DNA of 64,000 nucleotides, from the NCBI GenBank assembly GCA_030141605.1, contig JAQGDQ010000001.1, forward strand, positions 1,054,001 through 1,118,000, read 5' to 3'. The stretch is from Tubiluchus corallicola. Taxonomy: Eukaryota; Animalia; Priapulida. Numbering within the stretch: position 1 is the stretch's first letter; every line of letters begins with the position of its first letter. The position numbers were made by a program, and so were the translations under genes. Positions 50,743 to 63,154 of this stretch are shown here, piece after piece. Below the pieces are notes generated by a model that worked only from the letters and a program-made list of their open reading frames with translations, did no database searches and was not told where the DNA came from.

Positions 50743-51100
50743 GTCATCTCCTGCGCAGGATGTCACTCGAGTTCTTACATCCAAATGTGTGAAAGGTTTA
50801 TACCTAGGGGAAATCCGACTACTCTATGAGTAGCCGGTGGATACCGTACCTTTACGGTATCGAAAAGGCGAGTTTTGTTGGGTCTGGAGAAATCCAGTTC
50901 CCACGGAATTGACGGATTCCGTATCTTTACGGAAGAATTTGGAATTTGGCAAGTTTGACTCGAGTCAAAAATCACACAGGTGAACAGATCCGACGCCTGT
51001 GAAATCTGACAAAATAAAATAAAATAAAATAAAATAAAATAAAATAAAATAAAATAAAATAAAATAAAATAAAATAAAATAAAATAAAATAAAATAAAAA
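48850..51100 (+). mobile_element. 5'-truncated R2-clade (restriction-like endonuclease) non-LTR retrotransposon with 3' UTR and (AAAAT)n tail
   Basis: Abrupt shift to a GC-richer composition, a single ORF with RT + CCHC + PD..D..K..KY, a 3' UTR of about 270 nt and about 18 AAAAT units. Both flanks are AT-rich non-rDNA sequence. Confidence 0.93.
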
Positions 51101-54100
51101 TCTTTCTAAATAGCACAAAAGACAATTATTTATTACTTTTATTTATTTATTAGGTGTTAATCATTTATTTATTAGGTATTGATTATTTATATACGAAGCA
51201 CCATATGCAATTACTTGTTGTGCGCATGCTAGCGTGGGCGCATTATTTAATATACAAACCTACAATATAATATATGTGTAATTATATAGATTAATTGCAG
51301 GGCACGTAAATTGGTCCAGTTTTTAATGTGCCAAATCCGCTACCTCGCATTGGAGTAAAACGACCAAGAAACAAATGGCAGAACCTTCAACAAAAGTAAA
51401 AGAAGGATCCCTCTCTCTCTCTGTGTCTGTCTCTCTCCCTCCCTTCCTCTCTCTGTCTCTCTCTCTCCCTCCCTTTCACTGTCTCTCTTTCTCCCTTTCT
51501 CAGAGAAAGAAAGAGAGGGAGAGAAAAATCAATAAAAAATGCTTTACTTTTTTACATAGTAGGCAGCCCATCACGCAGTCAGCTAGCCTCTTTCCTCAGG
51601 AAGAACAATAAAATTTTATTTACAAGAAAACTGAAGAAGTATTTGCAAGTACATAATACAAACTTATTGCTACAATTTTTTTCCTTTTCATGAAATGTTT
51701 TCAGTTTTTTTAAACTAATAATTGCTTTTAATTGAGATATTCTTCTTTTATTAAAATTGCAAAAGTGATTTTGGCTTATCGAAATTGCGCGTATGCCAAC
51801 ATTATTGGTCAACTTAAGAATATTATTATTACAGTCAAAACCCCGCTCAAAATTTTGTAATCATCCGCCGTTTGACGCCGCAGCCGCTAATCGCAAAAAC
51901 GAAATACGTAACAATAGCCTTATTCGTCACTTCCTCTTTTACACTTTGTTACAGTGCGGCTTAAGCGCATGTTACGAAAAATGGGCTTTATAACACAGCA
52001 GTCATGATCATGGTTATCACGGTACCGCCTTCTATTTGTCGGCCACGCGCATGTGACAAAAAGGCGCCGCTGCCAATCTTAGTAGATTCAATGAGCCGCA
52101 GGTAGCTTTGAAATTTGAGTATCCGAGGTAATTATTATTTAATATAAGCTTTGATTTAAAATAAGCTATTGTAGTTTTCAATATTTTAGAGCATTCTTTA
52201 TTCTGAACTCGTGTTTACACAATCATCCGGTTTTCCTTTAAAGTAATGACGGAACAAACCTCCAATTTATCATTATCATTAATGAAATAATGTATCATGT
52301 GCGTCACTTTTATATCTGAATAAATATTCCATTTAAATCTACTCAAGAACAATTACATTAGCATTCTAGTCCTTGGAGAAACTGAGAATACATCATTGCA
52401 TTGATGCAGCATTATCAAAACTTTCTCCATCGATTAAGAAATTATGTTACAGCTAGACTTGTCTAATTAGTTAAACGAGTTGCTTTGCTTTAAAGACACT
52501 ATATTTGTGATACGTATGGCGGATAAACTGAAAAGACAAAGTAACTTATTTTCACAGATTTATTTATTTTTAAGCTGGTCAACAGTAATGGCGGATGCAA
52601 CCTCAGATAGAGGTCAACTTCTGGCCAAGCTTTAAGAAAATTTATTAAAAAGGCTAACAGAAAAGAATTCATTCTTTGGGAGCACAAATTATCAGTGTCC
52701 AGTTAAACTGTATGTTTAAACTCATCCCTGTAAAAATGAACAAACAAGTATTGTGGTATTTGATATTTAAGGTTACATTTGGTAATTTTCTTTGGTAATC
52801 TGTTGCCTGAGAACTGACTTACAAAATTCAGAGACAACTTTTACATTTAATTATCAATATACATTGGCATTTGAACTACAAAATTGATTTATTATAACAT
52901 AAGTGTAAAGAAATGTAGTTCTTATACATGCATTTTGTTCTAGCTACTAATATTTGGCTTTTGCATTTAAAATGGGATTCAGAATTCTGTGTTATAATGA
53001 ACCACCTGTTTTCTATTTACTATTTTGCAAACAATACTATTTGACAAAAATCGAATAAAAATACAATTACATTTTGATGATGATTATACTTCAGACAAAA
53101 CTACATAGCAAGTATTAAATACAGATGCAACAGATTAAAATAGCGTTATTTCCGCCTACAGATGGCAGCACGAACAAGAATTTGTTATGAACTGCTGCTC
53201 TGTACAGTAAGTTGTAATCTTGACTATTGAAGCTTGAGCAGCGACCATAGAAAATGATCATCATTCCACAAAGAGATTTATTGAAGCAAAACAAATCAAA
53301 ATCTTGGCTGCTATGAGAATTTATGCTATAATCAGACAGTTTTTTTATTTACAATCACAACTTCACGTCACATTAATAACACACATACATTTACAATGAT
53401 TACTGTTGAACTGACCAAAAAGATATGAAAAGATCAGCATGCGCTATCATCAAAGCACGAAAAGTATCAAAATTAACAAAGAGAATGCTTTCAACTTGGT
53501 ACTAAAACGTTTTCTGTGGTTTTCTGTGCGTTTGCTAGTTGTTTTTTTTCTGTTAATAATGTACAAACATTTGACAGTTTGACATTTATCATAATCTTTA
53601 TCCTATTGCTTTTAGCATTTTTAAGCTTAAAATTACCACTGTGAAGTTGTTGGCAATGAAAATCACCCCAAAATTATTACAAATAAGGTATACCAGTAAT
53701 TGTTAAATTACATATTTAGGCTTTCTACATCCTACGGTCAACAATTTTATATAGGCCACCTTTGGGCAACACTCTATCCTAGAAATGTGTACTGGCTAGC
53801 TAGCTAAAACTTGCACAAGCGACTTTTGTTTTTTTCTGATATAACTGGAATTCTAACACGCTGCATTTTCCATTAAGAACATGTAACAAAATGAGCAATG
53901 AAACAACCACATTGTGGCATTAACATCATCTTAATTACTTTAATGAGTAACATAGCCAATTGGCTCACAAAAACAATCAAACTATAAAATAACTTCTGTA
54001 TAACAAACAGACAGTGACCATTTCAGAATGACTTAAAGTATTCAGAAAAACCTGTGCAAAATCAAGGCATCAACATTGAATCTCTACATAAATTACTAAT

Positions 54101-54714
54101 GAAATGACAAATATGTTATAATCAGATCATTTAATAAAAAGCACAGTCAAGTCAATTTATAAAACACAACGATTAGATTCTATAATGTATATATAGATAC
54201 GCCATCAGCTCACTCAAAATTTTTATAAATTTCGTTTGCGGTATAAAGCTTCATTCAAATACATTTGACAAAGGCAGATTTCACGTTACTCATATAAAAG
54301 CATCAGGAATAGTTGCCTACATGAACAACATTCAGAGCTAAACAACAATAGCTGTTACATTTTAGAAGCAGTGAAAATGCATTTTAAGACAATAAAAATT
54401 AAATTTACACTTTTCCATCATAGTTGCACAGCATTGTGTAAAAAATTAATTCATACTTCAAAACAAAAAACTTTAAGATGCAGACTCATAGTAGAACTTT
54501 AAATTAGTAATAATCTAAAATAGACATTGCTATGAATGAACTTAGTACAATAAAACACCACACACCCACAAGTCCCAGAATTTTTAAATTTTGATTATTT
54601 GTCTCAAGAATGGAAAAAATGTAAATGACCTTAATTTTATAAATTCAGTACTTAAATATCAAATCTGCCAAATTGAATATAAAGATGCAGCCTTCGATGA
54701 ACAATGAGCCAATA

Positions 54715-54887
54715 TTACTTTCCTAGCTCTATGTAGCTATTATAATTAGTAATATTGCGCTTAAGTATTTCAGAGCATGGTCCTAATACACGCTCAAAAC
54801 GTGCACGATCCAACTTCACACATTTTAATGTACCTACTGCTTGTACTGTAGCTGCCCGTGGCTTATCAAATATGAGAGCAATCTCGC
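54715..54887 (-). CDS. PRKAR1: cAMP-dependent protein kinase type I regulatory subunit, last coding exon
   Basis: ttttag|GC GAG ATT GCT... Encodes [15 protein letters not shown]...[39 protein letters not shown] (CNB-B phosphate-binding cassette). Confidence 0.95.
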
Positions 54888-56807
54888 CTAAAAAATAAAT
54901 AAAACACCAATGAAATGAAATATTTACATCTCAGAAAACAGTAACTGTGACAAAATGAATCATGAAATTTAATAACCAGGAGCTTAGTTCAGGTGAACAG
55001 TGGTACTTTTGGCCACACTTAACAAAGCGCATGTTATGCAAGTTATAGCCTCTACACATTACACTATACTATGTTCCTGGTCTTCTAGTAAATCAGAATG
55101 CATTTGAAAAATGTCAAAGCATAGGTTACAAAGATACGTGTAACTAGTTTTGTACAATGATACTAGAACTTATTTCAGTCCCACAAACTAAGCCCAATTT
55201 ATAAGATGCAAGACTCAATTTCTAAATGATAGTGACAATGTTGCATATCAAAAATAGTTTTTCACATCACAGGGTCACATACTAAATTCAAACTTGGTTA
55301 ACTGCCGTTGAACAGGAATAATTTTGGGGTTAGTTCATGGAAAGAGGATATAAAGAGGACCGTCTTTAAAGATATTAATAAATAAACAGCCATTAGCAGG
55401 CTTAGCAAACTCTTATCTCTGAATGACTGCAATTCACACAATATACTCTGCTCGCTCTAGGTTAACAAGTGATGTTTATAGGAATAAGCGCACAACACCA
55501 CAACTGAATTGATAGGTACAGCGCTGTTTTGTGCAATGCATTTCCGAAGTGCAGGCTCTGGTGTCCATCTACCTTACTATCTAGCGAATGGCAAAATGCA
55601 TGTAACAGTGAATAATTAGGTACTCGAATTAAAATTAATATTTTTTCTGCAGTAACAATTCTTTCACGTAAATCATTCTTAAAAAACAAAGTATTCTATT
55701 CCAATATTTCGAAAGTTACAGTGCTTTTAGTTATTGTTTATAACTGAGTCCAGTTTTCCATTAACTAAACAAATCATCCGAGTACTGACCAAAGCTAGCA
55801 ATTCACACTTTAAGGATACTAGTCTGCTAAGCAGCAACTAAGCTGCGAGCACAAAACTCAGCACTTTTCTAATGCTTTAACTGTAACCTTTAATTAATGA
55901 CTGCAACTGAAAAACTGGAAAGAGTTGCTGCAAGAACACTTGGTACACTTAGCAAGTTAGCAAATTAGTACTGCTACATACATAATAATACAGAAAATGT
56001 TAAATCGATCCGTCAATTTAACATAACCACACTTAATCAATTGCATGCTTCAGAATGTTTATTTCTCATCGGTTATAGATCCACTGTTATTCTATTACTT
56101 AAGCACACAGCGACGTATTAACTTCCAAAATCAGTCATGAAAGTGACGATCATTTTTTTATTTGCTCCACTGACTAACCTCTAGGTAGGCAGTGTGTGTT
56201 TAATGGATAATATTATAAGGTATCCACAAGCTACTTGAAATAGAAAATTTGTAAGGGATTTGCAGCTGCTTTGCCAGTTAAATGTTTGAAACCTTATGAT
56301 CATCTTCCTTTCTGTGCTCGAAAAATGTTTCCCTTTTATTTTTGCTAAAATATCAAAACTCTAGTTTTGTACTTTATAATCAGTGATATTTAATAACTAT
56401 TGGTTGTCAATATCTGAGCATATAATTATTTACAACATACAAGCAAAAATAGCTAATCCTAAGGTGCATTAGAGAATGTTATCACTCCTAATTATCTTGG
56501 CTCACTCCACTTTGCTCTCCAGAGACATTTTGTTTTTTCATGTTTGTCTAATTACGTAATAACAGCTGTCTGTCTTTTGCAATTAGTGTGATTATTATCA
56601 CGGTAATTATTTATATAATGTCTTTTTTATCCCAAATCTTGAACAAATGCACCTCAATAGCAACTTTTCTCAATCCATAAGGAAATTAGTTGAAAAACAG
56701 TACAGCGACTTCATAATTATAGTGGATTGATCCACGCCATAATTATTATTATTAAAAATAGTAATGATATGATAAAGTGTGACTGCAGTTGCAAGCAAAT
56801 GGAGACC

Positions 56808-56990
56808 GTTAATAAAGTCACTGGAAAAAAGTCATGGAAAAAAGTCCCAATTTTGGCTAGAAAGTAAGTCAAAGGAAAAAGTCACAATTAATTTCGGCTA
56901 GGGTTAGCATTAGAGTTAGGAGTTAGGTTAGGGTTACTTCTTTTTTCCTGTGCCTTTTATCCTCTGAGTTTTTCCTTTGACTTTATTAGC
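56808..56990. mobile_element. MITE with TIRs, subterminal ggaaaaaagtc repeats and a central TTAGGG-like tract
   Basis: Inverted ends gttaataaagtca and tgactttattagc. Internal ctagggttagcattagagttaggagttaggttagggtta. Confidence 0.75.
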
Positions 56991-57111
56991 TGGATTCAAG
57001 CAAATACTCAGGTTATTGTTATTATGATAAGCAACAAATGGAGAAAATTCATTAGCTGATTTCTATATGTGTTGAAATGAAAACAAAAGGGAAAAAGGAA
57101 AGAAAATTTAC

Positions 57112-57193
57112 CAAAGTAATCTGATCTGCCTAATCGCCCGACTTCTAATGGTTCAGCTCCTTCAGATGGACGTTGAAGCACAACAGCATTACC
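57112..57193 (-). CDS. PRKAR1: PKA regulatory subunit type I, exon
   Basis: ttaag|GGT AAT GCT...TTT G|gtaaat. Encodes [28 protein letters not shown]. 82 nt. Confidence 0.95.
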
Positions 57194-60100
57194 CTTAAAA
57201 ACACAAAACAATTAACGATAAATTTCAGTAAAAAATGTGTTACACATATAATTCTGTCAATAGCAAAAAACTGCTAATACAGATTCACAAAGTCAACCCA
57301 TTGTTATGTCAACTAATGGAACTTTAGAAAAGGCTGCATACTTATCCTAGTAACGCAATGTCAAAAGCAAAAATTTAAACTCCAGTGTTAGATACACCAT
57401 TTTAACAAATGGTCGTTCTGTTAAAAAATTGAAAAATATCCTTGATACATTTAATTTTGTAAAGATTTGGCAAAAATACTTTACATTACTTTGTCAACAA
57501 TTTACAAAGAGAACAGAATTACTGCCAAAATGATTCCTACACTTAAAAATAAAAGCTCAAAAACCAATTAACACCCCACAAGAGCATCTAGCAATGCCAA
57601 AAACATCGCCACTCAGTATATAGTCCCTATGCTAGAGCATGATTTCATCAGGCTACTTTGAAACAGTGACTAGCTATGTGAAGTTATGCATCCGAGAAAC
57701 AGGAATTGTTGTCCAGCTAAGACGATACTTAGCTACAAACATGTTAACATTAAAAATCTAACTAACTAATGTAGGCTACTTCTTCAATCATTTTAAATTG
57801 TAAATAATTTTTATACAATAAACTAAATGTGCTTTTCAGATACTATGGCCCATGCATCATTCTGAGCTGATGTCTAAAACTGAGAACTGTTCCTTTTAAT
57901 TATTGTTCTGAGGTTCTGCTGCATGCTTGGGATTGTGGATCTCTGCTGTCATACAATTTTTTGGCCATTTAACATTTAAATTATTAAGATTTCTCTTTTT
58001 CTCTAAATGAAGTCACTCAACTAAGAGTACCACCAGCCGAATTAAATTATCTTATTTTGCGATTTTAAACATGTTTCTACATTTCACTAACTGTCTCCTT
58101 TAAACAGTATTAAAACCACTCAATCACACTTAAGTCCAACAAGACAGCATACATCTTCTAATGAAGCATCACCATGGTAGAAAAACGACTTAAATGCAAG
58201 AGAAATGTGTTTTCCTACAGTAATTTACAATAAGTCTGTGGTTTTATGCACTTCTGTAAGTCGCTAGCGTCCATAAACAGGAAAGCCTAATCTCATAAAC
58301 TGGCTATGCTTACTCTTCTGAGAATTGTGCATAAATTTGCAATAATCCACAGAAAATTTTGTATGCATAGGCATTCATCAGTGTTTGAGCAAAAAAACCA
58401 GTTCACATCAGTCAATGCCAATGAAATTAGGAATTATAGTCTCCCAAAACAAACTTAATTAATTTTCATAAATTAGCATCAGCATCATTTCAAAGATTAC
58501 AAACCTTTTTTCCTGAATTGCCAAAATAAAATCACTCTACATAAGTAATTTAATCTACAAAAAATACAAAAACGAAGTATACTATACAGAAAACAATCAA
58601 CAAGAAACAGTACACATCATCACCATCAGCAGGAGCAGCAGCAGCAGCACCTGCGCCACCAGCTACCACCACCAACAATACTATCATCTACAGCACATCT
58701 ACAAAGCCCAGACACAAGCCGTATAACATCAACTGCAAGACTTGCACTGTTTAACAGAATCGAAAAGGGATAAAGCAAAAACAAATCGACTAGGGAAGTA
58801 ATCTTTTTAAATATTTTTTATTGTGACTTCATTAAAAGCAGTCACTTCAAGCTGAATCAGCAAAACACTCAAAAATCAAATGATAACACAACTTGATATT
58901 CCCACACTCAGCCTTCACTACAAAGCATTGACATGAAGAAGAGCTATATATGCCACATCTGATGCAACTTCACTGCAAGATTTATTAAATATTTAGCCAA
59001 TGGAGAAAGGAAATGACCTTCAGTCCTTCCTGACTACGATTTAGTAGGATTCTAAGATTCAATTTACCTGCTGAAGGAGATATATTTCAACAGGATTCGC
59101 TTCTTGTTTTAAGCCATTAGGATACGAATAAACAGAAAAGCAATGAAATATTTTATAAAGCAGGTGTCGGATGTTTTGCATTAAAGTGAAAGAAAACTTA
59201 ACAATACAACAGTGACCTCATCAAGGTCTCATACACCACAACTGATGACTCACGACTAACTGGCTGACTGACCACAAACACTCGCTCAAGTTTTAATGCA
59301 TTTATGAAATCTTTGACACATTGCGAATTTATTTGTAGAGGATAGAATAAATTCAAGTTCAAGATTTTAAAATCCTATTTTTATAATAGAGCAAATATGA
59401 ATATATATTCTTGTTTTGCCATACACTATTTCATTGCATGCATAGGCTAAAACACTTTTTGCATAAAAACCTGGAAAGAATAAACTAGAGATCCCAAAAA
59501 AGTATAACTGCATGCAGTCTATAACCAACACTGACAATGCAGAATATAGAAAACTTGATCTATATGGTACATGTGGCAAAATCTTGTCTGATGGATTTGA
59601 AGTCACTTAACCAGTGCAAAGCTGACAGGATACACAAGGGAAACGAACTGATTTCAAGAATTTATGCACTGGCTGATTTCTACACAAAATCAATAGAGTT
59701 ACGCAGAGGGTAATGTCTGAAATCATGAAATTTTAAAACTTTCTACTGTGCTTCCCATGGCAGTGATAAAGAGACATTACGAAATTTAACAAAAACATCA
59801 TAGGGTAGGCCTTCTTTGCAGTGGTTAGTTTCTACGAAGATTATAAGCAGCAAGGGACTTAGCAAATTGAATGCCTCGTGAACAGACTAAAATATGCTGA
59901 GCAGAATCAGTTTACCAGGTTATTTATTCTTATTTTTTGTCAACACTGTTATCAAGTTCAAAAACTTTAAAACTAAGATAAAAATCTATATGTTATGTAC
60001 AGGCAACATCACTAAAAGCAAATATGTGAGTGTGATCTAACAGTGTGATCAAGGAACACCTGAAGGTCACATGACTACTACAGCCATCCCACAATAAACG

Positions 60101-60262
60101 TCAAATGCACATGTTTTGAAACCTTGAATATTTTTCTGTTAAGTGATAAACACAAAGAAGATGGATGAGTAAAAAGCTTCTTGTGATTCTTTTCTCGTGT
60201 TTGACCTTACGAGTTGGGAAGCATGGACACTAGCTGAATACCGAAATAGAACAGTTACATAC

Positions 60263-60384
60263 CTCAAGAATAATGAAAAAGTTATCTCCTTGGTCTCCTT
60301 GTTTAACTATTTGATCACCATCTTTATACTGTGAGGGTTCCAAGGCATCAGCAATAGTCAAACGTTCCCATTCATCCATACTCT
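60263..60384 (-). CDS. PRKAR1: PKA regulatory subunit type I, exon
   Basis: ttgtag|AG AGT ATG...GAG|gtatgt. Encodes ESMDEWERLTIADALEP...IVKQGDQGDNFFIILE. 122 nt. Confidence 0.95.
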
Positions 60385-63093
60385 CTACAAAAAAGAATTT
60401 TATCAAACCTGTGACCATTAGTTTGCATTTAACACCTTTTTTCAGACTAATAGCATTAATTAACAATGCGACTGGATGGCACTTAAAGTTGGTATTCCTG
60501 AATGACACTCTAAACAGATAAGAATAGCATGTCTAGACTATCGAGACTATCTTTTTGGGTGTTGATATAAATCAGAAAATTAGTACGATTGCAACTGTAA
60601 CTGGTGGCTGATTTCAATACATAACCACTAGTTAACAGGCTAATATACAAGGCCATTCACTGCTGTTAGATTTCGAATGATACAGAAGCCATCGGATATG
60701 ATGCACTGCATATGAGATCATTCTGTCTAGGCTAAGTTTTTGCCTACTTCATTCAGTTACAGAATTTTCTGTTGAATGGATGTCTACCCAGGTCATTTTC
60801 CCCTAGTCAACATACATCCTACATTTCTTCAGTTTGTCATATGTACGATACACGTTTTGTCTATACATTTTATTTTGGCATTAATGGCAAAATTCTGTTG
60901 ATGTGCGATAAGAGAGAATAGTTAAATGCACAATGTATGAACATCTTTTACATAGCACCAGGTTGACTCCGGAGTGAAGTAACTACCCTGACTATACTTC
61001 TCCATTTAGAGAGAAGTTTTCAAAGCATTGGTGAAACGTTCATACAGTGGTAAAGGCCGCAACATCCTGGATAAGCTATTCGGCAGTAGCGGAGACGCAG
61101 AGGCACAACTACTTGTAGCGTGCAAGGACCCCTTAGCCAGATTAATGTTCCATCTTAAAAGACTGTCCTTGATAATGAACTGGATTGATATCTCACCACA
61201 ATCTTCTGCCTAAAGTTGGCTTTGCCTTTGGGTGCTGGGTATCAGCTGTAGCCAGGATACAGTACCCAGCTGTTCTGCGACGGTTCTCTTGAAACACCCT
61301 TTCTGCACAAATTTTATAACTTGGATGTTAAATACAGTGAACCGTTATAAAATGTGAACAAAACTGAGTTGAGGGTGTTTGCCGGATGCAGGATGGGGTC
61401 GGGGTTCGGGTAGGGATCAGTGGTTCAGGGTCGTGGTTCAGGATGTTAATTCAGTTCGAGGTCGAGATTTTACAGGGCTTAGGGATCAAGTGATCGGGAT
61501 CAGGGGTCGGGTCAGTGCGAATTGTTCAGGATCAGTGTTACAAAAAGGCAAATATCAGTAAATGGAGGTAAGAAAATTACGCGAAATTCCACAGCCTTAG
61601 CTCCACCCTGTTAATATGGATAACTGTGACATGATTTACTTCACCTGTACGTTCAAATAATGCTCATTTCTGATATTTTCATATTTTTCTTTTAGACAGC
61701 ATGACTTCATAAATTCAATAATTGTAGATTTATTTCATTAACTTGCAGTTTCAATAAGTAACTAATGACACGCGAACAGACTGAACCAGCAGAAATTAAT
61801 TAAATTAAACTATGGCATAAGCACCTGTCATTTTACGATGTGACATCCACTGATTATTCTAATAAAAATTGAAGAAAGAGCGAAATTTGAATAAATTTTA
61901 TTTTATTTGAAAAAACAAATGCATTGGTTTATCTGGTCACAAAGGTATAAAGGCCTAATGTATGCACAATAATAGTTTTAGCTTCAAATTCTCTGCCATC
62001 TTTCCCATTAAATAAATTAGGCAGTACTTGACTACTTGCTAGAGTTAGCATTAGCAGCCCGGAATCCCTAGATTGCAGAAAGCATTAATGGAATTAGGGC
62101 TGGAATTAGAGATGAAAGTTTTGGTGCAAGCTTTTTAGTTACCAAAAAAAAAATTAGCTTTAGAGTTATTAGCAAGTAAAGTAAAAAAGATACTCCTTAA
62201 AGGAAAAAAATCTATAAATTCTCACAGTAGAGGCTAATATAACTAAATGCAGTAAAATGCATCAGCAGAAAATCCAATATTAGGCTTTGGGTTCCAAAAA
62301 TATCTCTAAATCAGCAAATATGACAGTTTCAAAGTAAGTAAATAACAAGATATCAAAGAGCTAACAAAACCTGAATGGAAAAATTAGTGTATCTCAACTA
62401 CATAAAATTCTAAATTTCGGTAGCTAAAAGGTCTTTAAAATGTAGGAAGAGATTGATTTTCGGTGCTCTGCCCCAAGACACCACTAGTTTACAGAGTTTC
62501 CCCAGACACCCTAGCTGTTTTTAAATCCTTTCACAATTTCTGGCTAAACCCTGCTTAGAATATGTGTATCTTGCATAGATTTATTTGTTTACTGTTTTCT
62601 TTTTGAAAATAGCAACTTGGATTTTCCCATTTTTAACAAAATCATAATCTTTATAATGTGTCAAATTTTATAAACAAAAAAATTCAATGCTAAAAAATGT
62701 ATAGACAAAAAACTGCCAAGCTGTTAATAAAGTGCAGGAAACAAAACTATGCATTATTTGCATCATATTACTAACAGTCAGTCTATGCCTATTGCAAAAA
62801 GGATGTTTCCTTGTTTGCATAATACATTAATGCAGACTCCTGCAAGCAGTTTTAATGGTATACATATGGCGGCATTAATAATGCAAATATACTTTGTGAG
62901 CTCGTTTCTTTTGCAGCATGGAATACATCAAACATCATTAGTTCTCTTCAGCAATTTGAAACCAGTGCAGGTAACTATATATAGGTAGTAGACGTCCATT
63001 ACAGTAGCAAAATGCGATGCAGATTAGGTGGAAAATTCGATCATTTACAATTTTACGTGTTCTATTATAAAGACCTTAAAACAAATTATTTAC

Positions 63094-63154
63094 CTAATAT
63101 TGGGACCTTATTCAAAAATTCTTCATACATCTTTCGTTTTCGCATTGTTGAACC
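63094..63154 (-). CDS. PRKAR1: PKA regulatory subunit type I, exon (gene continues right of the window)
   Basis: tgcag|GGT TCA ACA...TTA G|gtaaat. Encodes GSTMRKRKMYEEFLNKVPIL, the RI-type 'GSTLRKRKMYEEFL'. 61 nt. Confidence 0.95.
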
